Origin: Minisyncoccota bacterium
GTDB lineage: Bacteria; Patescibacteriota; Minisyncoccia; Phycocordibacterales; UBA9973
Direction of reading: 5' to 3'
Assembly: GCA_041664465.1 (NCBI GenBank)
Contig: JBAYKP010000004.1
Span: 6,876-70,875 of the forward strand
Length of the DNA stretch: 64,000 nucleotides
The notes under the pieces were generated by a model. That model searched no databases. It was not told the DNA's origin and saw only the letters and a list, made by a program, of their open reading frames with translations. The position numbers and the translations under genes are program-made. Shown one piece after another: positions 10,281 to 19,965 of this stretch. The stretch's first letter is position 1. Each line of letters starts with the position of its first letter.

Positions 10281-11555
10281 ATGGATTCGTTATATACCGT
10301 TATATTCTATGTTTTTTCCTTCATTTCTGTATACGTACAGATCTTTTTTTTAGTGACATTTTTCGATAAAAGGCGTCATATTAAGTGGAGTCCTAATAAT
10401 ATAGAACTCTCTTCATACCCCACTATTACTATTGCTGTCCCTGTTTATAATGAAGAATCTACCATCATCAAAACAGTAGAATCTCTCCTTGCGCTAGATT
10501 ATCCGAAAGATAAATTGAAGATTTTCATAGTAGATGATGGAAGTAAGGATAATACTTGGAATGTAGTACAAGAATTTAAAGATAATCCCAATATTGTCCT
10601 CCTGCAAAAAGAAAATGGTGGTAAACACACAGCTATCAATCTGGCCTTAGAGAAAAGTGATTCCGAATTCTTTGGATGTCTTGACTCAGATTCTTTTGTT
10701 CACAATCAGACTCTGAAAAGAATTATGAGATATTTTGAGAATGATCCTAGGAATATGGCTGTCATTCCATCAGTCTTAAGTCACGACCCAAAGAATATAA
10801 TTCAGAACGCACAGAAAGTTGAGTATGATATGGGTGTCTATATCAAGAAAATGCTAGGACTCATCGGTGGTATCCAAGTCACCCCCGGACCTCTTTCTAC
10901 TTTTCGGAAAAAAGTTTTTGATGATTTAGGACCTTACAAGAAAGCTCACAATACAGAAGATCAAGAGATAGCTCTCCGAATGCAAGAGCATGGATACAAA
11001 ATAGATTACTGTCCAGATGCATATGTCTATACTAATACACCCAATTCCATCATCAAGCTTTATAGGCAACGCTTGCGATGGATTTATGGTTTCATTAAGA
11101 ATCTCGTAGATTATCGTCATTTATTATTTAGGAAAAAGTATGGGACCGTCGCTTTGTTCACATTGCCGACTGGCTTGATATCCATATTGGGGATAGTCTT
11201 TGTATTCTTTACTCTTATTTACAATTTTATAAAATTTACTTATATCAAAATAATCCAGATACAGACTATTGGTTTCAACAATTTTTTCAGTTTAAATTAC
11301 AAATTTGACTGGTTTTTCATCAATACAAGGGCGATGTTGTTTTTATCTATCATTTTGTATATACTGGTCATTGTATCAGTAATGATTGGTAGGAAAATGT
11401 CCACCGGAAAGGCGAATTTCTCTCTTTCCATAATTTATTTTAGTATTATTTATAGTGTAATAGCGCCATTTTGGATGCTCCGAGCGATATACAACTCTCT
11501 CATTTCCAAGGAGTCTAGCTGGACGTTTGAACGCCGTGTTACCCCAAACAATTAA
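10281..11555 (+). CDS. family 2 processive glycosyltransferase (cellulose synthase/PgaC-like)
   Basis: VPVYNEE, VDDGSKD, DSD, TED and QRLRW motifs plus TM helices. Confidence 0.9.
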   Translation: MDSLYTVIFYVFSFISVYVQIFFLVTFFDKRRHIKWSPNNIELSSYPTITIAVPVYNEESTIIKTVESLLALDYPKDKLKIFIVDDGSKDNTWNVVQEFKDNPNIVLLQKENGGKHTAINLALEKSDSEFFGCLDSDSFVHNQTLKRIMRYFENDPRNMAVIPSVLSHDPKNIIQNAQKVEYDMGVYIKKMLGLIGGIQVTPGPLSTFRKKVFDDLGPYKKAHNTEDQEIALRMQEHGYKIDYCPDAYVYTNTPNSIIKLYRQRLRWIYGFIKNLVDYRHLLFRKKYGTVALFTLPTGLISILGIVFVFFTLIYNFIKFTYIKIIQIQTIGFNNFFSLNYKFDWFFINTRAMLFLSIILYILVIVSVMIGRKMSTGKANFSLSIIYFSIIYSVIAPFWMLRAIYNSLISKESSWTFERRVTPNN

Positions 11556-11558
11556 TTT

Positions 11559-12299
11559 ATGAATCAACACGAACCTAATGATTGGAAGAAATATATAATA
11601 GTCTTATTCATCACCTCTACCATATTTGTAGCAGGGCTTTGGATTGCTAATTATTTTAATAATAAAAAGATAGATCAATTAAAAAGTATAGAAGACAAAA
11701 TTTCTCTAGACTTAATGTCTTCAGAGACGCAATTCTCTCTCTTGCAGGAATTGTCTTGTAAGGATGTCTCGAGTACCGTACTTTCATCCGAGCTTAATTC
11801 TCTCGCTGAGAAGATTTCTTATAGTGAGACCAATCTAGGGAATAATGATAGCAATGTTGTCAGTCTGAAAAGATATTATTCTCTTCTTGAAATTAAGGAT
11901 TATCTTTTGATGAAGAAAATTACTGAACGATGCGGGCAGAAATCCATATTCATTCTTTATTTCTATAAGAATGATAAGTGTGATGATTGTACCAAGCAGG
12001 GTTACGTTCTCACTAGCTTGAAAGAAAAGTATCCCGATCTTCGTGTTTATTCATTTGATTATAATCTAGATCTTTCAGCTATCCGTGCTATGACTTCTAT
12101 CTATAAAGTGCCTGATAATCTCCCTGCCATCGTTATAAATGGTAAGGTGTATAGTGGCTTCCAAACAATTGAAGAAATAGAAAAGACTTTTCCCCAGCTT
12201 GAAACCATAAAAGTCCCCGAAGTTCCTAAATCCAAAACTGGAGCAACATCTACGAAAGTTAAAACAACCGCTCCTACTACAACACAGAGTGCGAACTAA
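11559..12299 (+). CDS. membrane-anchored protein with C-terminal thioredoxin-like CxxC domain
   Basis: N-terminal TM; ILYFY...CDDC and LPAIVING thioredoxin-like pattern. Confidence 0.6.
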   Translation: MNQHEPNDWKKYIIVLFITSTIFVAGLWIANYFNNKKIDQLKSIEDKISLDLMSSETQFSLLQELSCKDVSSTVLSSELNSLAEKISYSETNLGNNDSNVVSLKRYYSLLEIKDYLLMKKITERCGQKSIFILYFYKNDKCDDCTKQGYVLTSLKEKYPDLRVYSFDYNLDLSAIRAMTSIYKVPDNLPAIVINGKVYSGFQTIEEIEKTFPQLETIKVPEVPKSKTGATSTKVKTTAPTTTQSAN

Positions 12300-12314
12300 T
12301 TAAATTTTTTATTG

Positions 12315-12387
12315 AGCCGGCACGAGGATTCGAACCCCGGACATCCACTTTACAAAAGTGGCGCTCTACCAACTGAGCTATGCCGGC
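12315..12387 (-). tRNA. tRNA-Thr(UGU)
   Basis: GCCGGCA/TGCCGGC acceptor, AGCTCAGTTGGTAGAGC D-arm, CCACT-TT-TGT-AA-AGTGG, GGTTCGAATCC; CCA not encoded. Confidence 0.97.
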
Positions 12388-12434
12388 ACTTTATTAAACA
12401 TAATTCTGTAAAACAATAAGACTATCTTAGCATA

Positions 12435-12899
12435 TTATAGGATTTTATCAACTTTTTCTTCTTGGACTTTTATTTCTTCTTCTAGAATTTTTACTTCTTC
12501 TGCATGATCTTGTTTTATCTTTTCTTTAACCTTTCTAATCTTTATTTTTGATTCAATTACAGCTCTTTCTACGAAAGAAATTTTCCTAGAATCTGTACCG
12601 TTTACTTCTTTCTTTTTAAAGAATTTATTTAATTTAGGTAATTTATTTTTAAGCCAAATAGAAGACTTTGTTATAATTATAAACCAAAGTTTTACAACGA
12701 AGAGAATTATCCATTGGATTATATGTTTGATAGTATGCAAGAAAATACTTTCTAGATATTTGAACGATAATTCTCCTATGTGTTTTTCTTTATTTTCTTT
12801 TATCTCTATTTTATTATTTTGTATCTCCCAATTACGAAACATTAGCATTCCGAATGCTCCTGCTATTGCTATGAAGAAAATAATAATAATTAAGGTCAT
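12435..12899 (-). CDS. hypothetical membrane protein
   Basis: 154-aa ORF downstream of tsf with two hydrophobic segments. Confidence 0.6.
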   Translation of the reverse strand: MTLIIIIFFIAIAGAFGMLMFRNWEIQNNKIEIKENKEKHIGELSFKYLESIFLHTIKHIIQWIILFVVKLWFIIITKSSIWLKNKLPKLNKFFKKKEVNGTDSRKISFVERAVIESKIKIRKVKEKIKQDHAEEVKILEEEIKVQEEKVDKIL

Positions 12900-12902
12900 A
12901 AT

Positions 12903-13685
12903 TTAACCAATAGATTCTCTGATGAATTTTACAAAAGTCGCACCTTTTTCTTTGAGCAGATTACTGATAGTTATGTCAGGATTCTTAATGAACATTTGAT
13001 CCATCAAAGTCTGTTCTTTGAAGTATGTGGAGATTTTGCCATCTAGCATCTTTTTCTTTATATCTTCTGCCTTATCGGATTCTGCTACTTCTTTCTCGAA
13101 AACTTCTATAACTTTAGCCTTGTCATCTTCTGTGATATCTTCTTTGTTTATGAAAGCAGGCTTCATCGCAGCTATATGCATAGCGATATCTTTTGCAAGC
13201 TCTTTACTTCCTCCTTTTAGAGATACAATGACGGCACTTTTGCCATTATGGACATAACTTCCAAGTATTTCTCCTTCTATTATTTCTACTTTTCCTAGCT
13301 CAATTTTCTCTCCGATCTTTTGGACTATTGGATTGATCATTTCAAGAGATTTTTCTTTCATAGCCTCTACTCCTTCTTTTACTGCCAATTCTGCTAAATT
13401 ATTTGCAAGTGTAATAAAGTCGGCATTTCTTGCCACGAAGTCAGTTTCTGAGTGAAGAGTCATTAGTAGAGTCTGATTTGGCATTTCTTTTACAACGATG
13501 ATTCCATCGTGAGCAGTACGGTCTGCTTTCTTCATTGCGATACTACTAGACTTCTTTTTAAGGATAATGAGAGCTTTCTCCATATCTCCCTCTGCTTCTT
13601 CTAATGCATTTTTACATTGCATTACAGATACCCCTGTACTATCTCTTAATTCTTTAACTAATTCTGCGGTTATTTTTATAGACAT
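12903..13685 (-). CDS. tsf: elongation factor Ts
   Basis: VKELRDSTGVSVMQCKNAL, SETDFVARN, DIAMHIAAM; follows rpsB. Confidence 0.97.
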   Translation of the reverse strand: MSIKITAELVKELRDSTGVSVMQCKNALEEAEGDMEKALIILKKKSSSIAMKKADRTAHDGIIVVKEMPNQTLLMTLHSETDFVARNADFITLANNLAELAVKEGVEAMKEKSLEMINPIVQKIGEKIELGKVEIIEGEILGSYVHNGKSAVIVSLKGGSKELAKDIAMHIAAMKPAFINKEDITEDDKAKVIEVFEKEVAESDKAEDIKKKMLDGKISTYFKEQTLMDQMFIKNPDITISNLLKEKGATFVKFIRESIG

Positions 13686-13696
13686 ATTTTATTTGT

Positions 13697-13757
13697 CCAC
13701 ATGTCCGACATAGGGTCTTTAGTTTTTTAAAGTTTTGCTCCTATGTCGGACATGTGG
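13697..13757. repeat. 18-bp perfect inverted repeat (GTCGGAC-core family) between rpsB and tsf
   Basis: CCACATGTCCGACATAGG ... CCTATGTCGGACATGTGG with a 25-nt spacer. Confidence 0.85.
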
Positions 13758-13769
13758 TCTTATTAATAA

Positions 13770-14468
13770 TTACTTTTTCTCTCCAGCAATTCCTTTATTG
13801 TAAGCATCTTTAATTTGGGATAAGAAGAAGGTGATACTAGAGATAGATGCGTCATTGGCAATAATAGGGAAGTCGATCTTTTTCATATTACAATCGGTAT
13901 TCATTAGTGCGATAATTGGGAGATTCATCTTTTGAGCTTCTGTTACTGCTATATGTTCTTTCTTTGGATCTACTACGAACATAGCATCAGGAGTGCGAGT
14001 GATGCCTGTAAGTCCTTGGAAGTTCTTGGTCATATCTTCCATTTCACGATCAATTAATAATCTTTCTTTTTTAGTATATTTATCAAGACCTCCTTTTTCT
14101 TTTTGATCACGTAAATCTAAAAGTTTGATGATGCGTTTTTTAATTTCAGGGAAATTAGTAAGTGATCCTCCCACCCAGCGTTCTCCTACATAAGGCATAT
14201 TGAGGGCAAGGGCTGTCTCTATCACTTGCTGGCGAGCTTCTGCTTTGGTGCCGACGAATAAGATAGTCTTGCCGGTAGAGGCAAGTTCTCTGACTTTTTC
14301 CATAGCTTTTTCGAAAAGCTCATTTGTCTTTTCAATATTTATAATGTCTACTCCATTTTTCGTGGCGAAAATGTAAGGGCTAGTAGATGGATGACGGCGA
14401 CTCTTTGAGTACCCATAGTGGGTACCATTTGCAAACATTTCTTCTATAACACTGTTTTGTGTAGTCAT
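13770..14468 (-). CDS. rpsB: 30S ribosomal protein S2
   Basis: GTHYG, ILFVGTK, RWVGGSLTNF, PIIANDAS. Confidence 0.98.
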   Translation of the reverse strand: MTTQNSVIEEMFANGTHYGYSKSRRHPSTSPYIFATKNGVDIINIEKTNELFEKAMEKVRELASTGKTILFVGTKAEARQQVIETALALNMPYVGERWVGGSLTNFPEIKKRIIKLLDLRDQKEKGGLDKYTKKERLLIDREMEDMTKNFQGLTGITRTPDAMFVVDPKKEHIAVTEAQKMNLPIIALMNTDCNMKKIDFPIIANDASISSITFFLSQIKDAYNKGIAGEKK

Positions 14469-14572
14469 AATATTTGGTCTATATGATTAATTTATAATAC
14501 TATCCGTTTTTAAGCATTCCAGCCTATTTACAAGGGTTTTTAAACAAAAAATCCCTCACGGAAAGTACCCAT

Positions 14573-14601
14573 ATAGTACCAGAAAAAGCATTATTTTGCA
14601 A
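14573..14601 (-). promoter_or_regulatory. sigma-70 promoter of rpsB-tsf
   Basis: TTGCAA-17 bp-TACTAT with extended -10 TG on the minus strand, about 100 nt upstream of rpsB. Confidence 0.55.
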
Positions 14602-14659
14602 ATCTTTCTCTCACTTCATCTTTTGACCTTACGTCTATTTTAGGGTAGTATGTGGGTAT

Positions 14660-15919
14660 ATGAAGCAATCACAATTGTTTACTAAAACTAAGAAAGAGAG
14701 TCCAGCGGATGAAGTATCTCTCAATGCTGAACTACTCATAAAGGCAGGCTTTATCAGTAAAGAGATGGCGGGAGTTTACTCGTATTTGCCTCTTGGTCTT
14801 CGTGTTATCAAAAAGATTGAAAATATTATAAGAGAAGAAATGAATGCTATTGGCGGTCAGGAAATGAAAACGTCTATTCTTCAAAGTAAAGAAATTTGGG
14901 AAAAGTCTGGAAGATGGAGTGATGAAGTTGTAGATAATTGGTTTAAAACAAAATTAAAAAATGGTAATGAGGTGGGTTTATCTTGGACCAACGAAGAAGC
15001 TCATGCCAATATTTTAAAACAATATATAAGTTCTTATAAAGATTTACCAATTTATCCTTACGATTTTAAAGATATTTTCAGAAATGAAACGAGAAGTAAA
15101 TCAGGGATATTAAGAGGTAGAGAATTTTACTGGAAAGCCCTTTATTCTTTTTCTAAAAACGAAGAAGAACATAATGAATTTTATGAAAAAGCTAAACAAG
15201 CTTATAAAAATATTTTTGGAAGAGTTGGAGTTGGGCATTTAACTTATCTAACTTTTGCTTCCGGAGGAACTTTCGCAAAATATTCTCATGAGTTTCAGAC
15301 TTTGACTGGGGCTGGAGAAGATACAATCTATGTGGATGAAGACAAAAATATCGCTATTAACAAAGAAGTTTATACGGATGAAGTTATTGAAAATCTTGGT
15401 TTAATTAAAGATAATCTTGTAGAAAAAAAGGCTATAGAAGTAGGGAATATCTTTTCACTTGGGACTAAATATTCAACTCCTTTTGATTTAAAATACAAAG
15501 ATGAAAAAGGAGAAGAAAATCTAGTTATTATGGGTTGTTATGGTGTTGGACTGGGGCGCCTTATGGGGACAGTTGTAGAAGTCCTTTCAGATGATAAGGG
15601 GATAATCTGGCCTGAAAGCATAGCTCCATTTAAGGTTCATTTACTTATGCTAGGTGGAGATGAAAATGTAAAAAGTGAAGCCCTCAAACTTTATGAAGAA
15701 TTAAATGAAAAAGGAATAGAAGTGCTTTTTGATGATCGTATAGATACAAGTGCAGGTGAGAAATTTGCTGATGCAGATCTTATAGGTATTCCTTATAGAG
15801 TCGTGGTTTCAAAGAGAAGTTTAACTGATGGAGGATTTGAAGTGAAAAAGAGAATTGAAGAGAGTGGTAGAATAGTTTCTTTTAATGATTTAGTCAATTT
15901 ACTAGAAACTAAAAACTAG
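14660..15919 (+). CDS. proS: proline--tRNA ligase, short form without the INS editing domain
   Basis: AGVYSYLPLG, FRNE..SKSGILRGREF, IEVGNIFSLGTKYS, MGCYGVGLGR, GIIWPESIAP, C-terminal anticodon-binding domain. Confidence 0.92.
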   Translation: MKQSQLFTKTKKESPADEVSLNAELLIKAGFISKEMAGVYSYLPLGLRVIKKIENIIREEMNAIGGQEMKTSILQSKEIWEKSGRWSDEVVDNWFKTKLKNGNEVGLSWTNEEAHANILKQYISSYKDLPIYPYDFKDIFRNETRSKSGILRGREFYWKALYSFSKNEEEHNEFYEKAKQAYKNIFGRVGVGHLTYLTFASGGTFAKYSHEFQTLTGAGEDTIYVDEDKNIAINKEVYTDEVIENLGLIKDNLVEKKAIEVGNIFSLGTKYSTPFDLKYKDEKGEENLVIMGCYGVGLGRLMGTVVEVLSDDKGIIWPESIAPFKVHLLMLGGDENVKSEALKLYEELNEKGIEVLFDDRIDTSAGEKFADADLIGIPYRVVVSKRSLTDGGFEVKKRIEESGRIVSFNDLVNLLETKN

Positions 15920-15940
15920 TTACTAGAACCTAATTTATTT

Positions 15941-16987
15941 ATGTTTAAAAAAATTTACCAAATGTTTTCTAATGATATCGGGATAGATCTAGGTACAGCC
16001 AACACGCTGGTGTATTTGAAGGGTCACGGTATCGTGATAAACGAACCATCAGTGGTAGTGGTAAATCAAAAGACTGGCCAGATTGTTGCAGTTGGGGCAG
16101 AAGCCAAGCAAATGTTAGGGAGGACCCCAGGGCACGTGCGTGCTGTACGACCCATCGTAGATGGAGTTATTTCTGATTTTGAAGTTACCGAAGAAATGCT
16201 TTCTTATCTTATAAACAAGGCCGAGAAAATATCAAAGAAATTTATTCGCCCTCGTGTTGTCCTTGGAGTGCCAACTGGTATTACGAACGTAGAAATAAGA
16301 GCTGTCGAAGATGCGGCCCGCTCAGCTGGGGCACGCGAAGTTTATATTATAGAAGAACCTATGTCTGCAGCTATCGGTATTCGTCTTCCAGTGAAGGAGC
16401 CAATGGGCTCTGTCATCGTAGACATCGGGGGAGGAACGACGGATATTGCCGTCATATCACTTTCTGGAGTTGTGCGTTCAAAGAATTTAAAAATTGCCGG
16501 AGATTTATTCAATACAGATATTATAAATTATATGAAAGATGAATTCAAATTACTCATCGGAGAGAGAACAGCAGAAAGTGTAAAGATTGCAATTGGCAGT
16601 GTCATAGAAGGCGAGTCAATGGAAGCAGAAGTGAGAGGTAGAGACTTGGTGACAGGTCTTCCTCGCCAAGTCATCGTGACGGACTCAGATATACGAGAAG
16701 CAATCTTGCCTTCTATTCTAAGCTTGGTAGATGGAGTCAAAGAAGTCTTGGAGACTACCCCTCCGGAACTATTGTCGGATATTATGCATCGTGGCTTGGT
16801 GCTCTCGGGTGGCGGGGCTTTAATCAGGGGCTTAGACGTTTTATTACAAAAAACCCTTAAAATACCTATATATATTGCGGAAGACCCATTGACGGCTGTG
16901 GCTCGTGGGGCTGGTGTTATATTGGCCGATTTTGATTCTTATCAAGAAGTTTTATTAAACACAGATGATTCATCAGTTCCGAGATAA
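15941..16987 (+). CDS. mreB: rod shape-determining protein MreB
   Basis: IGIDLGTANT, IEEPMSAAIG, DIGGGTTD, LSGGGAL. Confidence 0.97.
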   Translation: MFKKIYQMFSNDIGIDLGTANTLVYLKGHGIVINEPSVVVVNQKTGQIVAVGAEAKQMLGRTPGHVRAVRPIVDGVISDFEVTEEMLSYLINKAEKISKKFIRPRVVLGVPTGITNVEIRAVEDAARSAGAREVYIIEEPMSAAIGIRLPVKEPMGSVIVDIGGGTTDIAVISLSGVVRSKNLKIAGDLFNTDIINYMKDEFKLLIGERTAESVKIAIGSVIEGESMEAEVRGRDLVTGLPRQVIVTDSDIREAILPSILSLVDGVKEVLETTPPELLSDIMHRGLVLSGGGALIRGLDVLLQKTLKIPIYIAEDPLTAVARGAGVILADFDSYQEVLLNTDDSSVPR

Positions 16988-17762
16988 AAAACAAATAGCA
17001 GGGAAGAAAAGACTAATTAGAAATTTTATTTTTTTGATTATTTTTCTTGTGCTTGCTTCTTTGGGAATTTTTGCTTATACTAGCCCTCTCGTACATTATA
17101 TTGGGAGACCTATTTGGAAGACAAAAACAGCCATCGTCAGTAATTTAGAAAATGTAGGCTATGTGGTACGCACGAAATCATCCGTCTATAAAGAAAATGA
17201 AAATCTTTTAAATGAAAATAGAGATTTGAAAAGTTCTATGATAGATTATCAGATTCTCAAAGATGAGAACATAGCATTAAAGGAAACTTTGGGACGTAAA
17301 CCCATAAACAAAAATTTAATTCTTTCAAATATTTTAACAAAACCAAATTATTCGCCTTATGATACTATCACGATAGATATTGGCTCAGATTCTGGTCTCA
17401 GTGTGGGAGACGTCGTCTACTCCAATGCTTTATTGCCACTCGGAGAAGTCGGGGCAGTTTATGCTAATACATCACTAGTGACTCTTTATACCAATCCAGG
17501 TGAAGTCACAGAAGCTATGATAGAGGGGACAAATACAAGTGTAGAATTGGTGGGTCGTGGAGGAGGTAATTTTGAAATGAGTATACCGGTTGATTTACCT
17601 TTTACAAAAGGAGCGTTGGTATATTTGCCAAATCTAGAAACACAAATCATCGCCGTGATGCAAGACGTCATCTCACTTCCGAATGATCCTGTAAAGAAAG
17701 TAATTTTAAGTTCTCTTGTGAACGTCCAAAGTCTCAAATGGGTTTTCGTTGAAAGTAAATAA
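16965..17762 (+). CDS. mreC: rod shape-determining protein MreC
   Basis: TM, coiled coil, then beta domain (ITIDIGSDSG); directly downstream of mreB. Confidence 0.85.
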   Translation: MIHQFRDKKQIAGKKRLIRNFIFLIIFLVLASLGIFAYTSPLVHYIGRPIWKTKTAIVSNLENVGYVVRTKSSVYKENENLLNENRDLKSSMIDYQILKDENIALKETLGRKPINKNLILSNILTKPNYSPYDTITIDIGSDSGLSVGDVVYSNALLPLGEVGAVYANTSLVTLYTNPGEVTEAMIEGTNTSVELVGRGGGNFEMSIPVDLPFTKGALVYLPNLETQIIAVMQDVISLPNDPVKKVILSSLVNVQSLKWVFVESK

Positions 17763-19027
17763 TGAAAAATTTTGATTTTAAAATTGAAAAGAAAATCCCA
17801 AATTTTTTGGGGAGAGCTGGGGTCATTAGTACACCGCATGGAGATATAGAGACTCCATCTTTTGTTGTTGTGGGTACGAAAGGTACAGTGAAGTCTTTGA
17901 CAGTAGAGCAATTGAGAGAAATTGGCACCCCAGTGGTACTGGCGAATACTTATCACTTGTACTTACAGCCAGGGGATGAGCTTATAAGAGATGCGGGGGG
18001 CTTACATAAATTTATGAATTGGCAAGGTCCCTTGATGACTGACTCTGGAGGATTCCAAGTATTCTCGTTAGGAGTAGCATATGGCAAAGAAATTTCTAAA
18101 GTAGTTTCTGTTACTGACCCAAGTCTTCTTATTCCTGAGAGGTCAATAGCAGAAGATGGAGTACCCAGACTTGCAACTATAGGCAATGATGGAGTATCTT
18201 TCCGCTCACATATAGATGGCTCACTTCATTATATAACTCCCGAGAAGTCTATAGAAATTCAGCATAATTTAGGGGCGGATATTATTTTTGCTTTTGATGA
18301 GTGCACATCACCAACAGAGAATGATAGATATCAAGATGAAGCACTTTCTCGCACACATGCTTGGGCAAAGAGGAGTTTGGTAGAGCATAAAAAGAGGGAA
18401 GAGGGGAATAAATTCCCCCAAGCGCTTTTTGGTATTGTTCAAGGCGGGCGGTCAGAAGAACTCAGGAGGAAGTCTGCAAAAATTATTTCTGGAATTAAGA
18501 TAGAGGATGGAATGGACCCCGTGACGGGTGAAGCCCGTTTTACGGGGTTCGATGGATATGGTATCGGTGGTTCTTTTGCCAAGGAAGATATGTCGAGTGC
18601 TGTGAAGTGGGTGAATGAAGAACTTCCCGAAGAGAAGCCTCGGCACTTACTTGGTATTGGGGAGCCGGAGGATTTATTGTCAGGAGTAGAAAATGGGGTA
18701 GATTTATTTGATTGCGTAGGGCCTACTCGTATTGCTCGTAATGGAACTTTGTTTACAAAGAATGGTAAGATAAATATATCAAATGCAAAATTTGTAAAAG
18801 ATTTTGACAAGTTAGATGAAGGATGTGAGTGTTATACTTGTAGGAATTATACGAAGAGTTATTTGTCTCATTTATTTCGTGCCAAAGAAATGCTCGGAGC
18901 AACTCTTGCATCAATACACAATGTGTATTTTATAACTAACTTAGTGAAGAAAATGCGTGGGGCGATAATAGAGGGTACATTTTCAGAATTTAAAAAAGAA
19001 TTTTTAAAGGGATATTTAAAAGAGTAA
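17762..19027 (+). CDS. tgt: queuine tRNA-ribosyltransferase
   Basis: LANTYHL, TDSGGFQVFSL, FGIVQGG, PRHLLGIG, CECYTC...HN Zn site. Confidence 0.97.
   Translation: MKNFDFKIEKKIPNFLGRAGVISTPHGDIETPSFVVVGTKGTVKSLTVEQLREIGTPVVLANTYHLYLQPGDELIRDAGGLHKFMNWQGPLMTDSGGFQVFSLGVAYGKEISKVVSVTDPSLLIPERSIAEDGVPRLATIGNDGVSFRSHIDGSLHYITPEKSIEIQHNLGADIIFAFDECTSPTENDRYQDEALSRTHAWAKRSLVEHKKREEGNKFPQALFGIVQGGRSEELRRKSAKIISGIKIEDGMDPVTGEARFTGFDGYGIGGSFAKEDMSSAVKWVNEELPEEKPRHLLGIGEPEDLLSGVENGVDLFDCVGPTRIARNGTLFTKNGKINISNAKFVKDFDKLDEGCECYTCRNYTKSYLSHLFRAKEMLGATLASIHNVYFITNLVKKMRGAIIEGTFSEFKKEFLKGYLKE
18514..18550. repeat. in-frame palindromic insert (CCCCGT...ACGGGG family) in tgt
   Basis: GGACCCCGT-G-ACGGG-TGAAG-CCCGT-TTT-ACGGGGTTC; encodes DPVTGEARFTGF. 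Confidence 0.75.
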
Positions 19028-19046
19028 AACCTTTTCTGTATTTAAA

Positions 19047-19128
19047 GTCCCCTTGATAAGGGGGATTAGGGGGTTTGAATTAAGAAATCTAAACCCCTCC
19101 CGACCTCCCCTTATCAGGGGAGGAGGAA
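19047..19128. repeat. double-hairpin (REPIN-like) element upstream of the DUF559 cassette
   Basis: TCCCCTTGATAAGGGGGA...GGGGTTT / AAACCCC...CTCCCCTTATCAGGGGAG; same architecture as 2648 and 21348. Confidence 0.8.
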
Positions 19129-19168
19129 ATGCGAATACAATATTAAAAATAAGTGTTATAATAATTTT

Positions 19169-19564
19169 ATGAAAGATTACAGAGGAACTATAATTGAAGA
19201 AAGTTTGGATAATAAAGGTGTATTAAAGAAAGTACAAATTTTAAGTACAAAAGTTGAAAGTATCACAGATAAACACAAAACTCCGTGGCTTAAGCAATGG
19301 ACGTTACATTTTGCATTAATTCCAGAGAATGAGGCAGAAAATATCGCCTTAGAAATAAGTAAATCTTTTGATAAAGAACACGCTAGTTGGTATGCTGATT
19401 ATCGAAATAAAACTCATCATTATATTATTTTCCCAAACAAAATTTTCTATATTAAAAGAGATAATATAGAGCAATACAATCAAGCAAAACAATATGGACT
19501 CTCGCTTGGTATTCCAGAATATCAAGTAGATTTTCATCCTGATATTAAAGAATGGGAGAAGTAA
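19169..19564 (+). CDS. hypothetical protein
   Basis: 131-aa ORF preceded by TGTTATAAT; no family recognised. Confidence 0.7.
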   Translation: MKDYRGTIIEESLDNKGVLKKVQILSTKVESITDKHKTPWLKQWTLHFALIPENEAENIALEISKSFDKEHASWYADYRNKTHHYIIFPNKIFYIKRDNIEQYNQAKQYGLSLGIPEYQVDFHPDIKEWEK

Positions 19565-19575
19565 TTTTTTTGTTT

Positions 19576-19965
19576 ATGAAATTTATTTTATATAATAAAA
19601 AACTTGTTTCTCGTGCTAGAGAATTAAGAAAAAATAGAACAGAAGCGGAAATTATATTTTGGAATAAAGTTTTGAAAGATAAAGAAGTAACAAGTTATAA
19701 ATTTACCCAACAAAAACCTCTTGGAGATTTTATTGCTGATTTTTATTGTTCTAAACTTTTATTGGTTGTTGAAATTGATGGAGAAATACACAATGAACTA
19801 AAAGGAAGAGACAAAGAAAGGTCCGAGATTCTTCTTTATAAATATGGTATAAAGGTAATTAGATACCAAAATGATAACGTCTTAAATAATATTGAAAAGG
19901 TTATTGGTGATTTTAAAAATGAAATGAAATTACGAGAAAAATACTTAAAATTAAAGGGTATTTAA
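19576..19965 (+). CDS. DUF559 / Vsr-like (PD-(D/E)xK) endonuclease
   Basis: ARELRKNRTEAE..FW, F.QQKPLGDFIADFYC, LVVEIDGEIH, D.ER...GIKVIRY.N. Start taken at the second Met. Confidence 0.9.
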   Translation: MKFILYNKKLVSRARELRKNRTEAEIIFWNKVLKDKEVTSYKFTQQKPLGDFIADFYCSKLLLVVEIDGEIHNELKGRDKERSEILLYKYGIKVIRYQNDNVLNNIEKVIGDFKNEMKLREKYLKLKGI

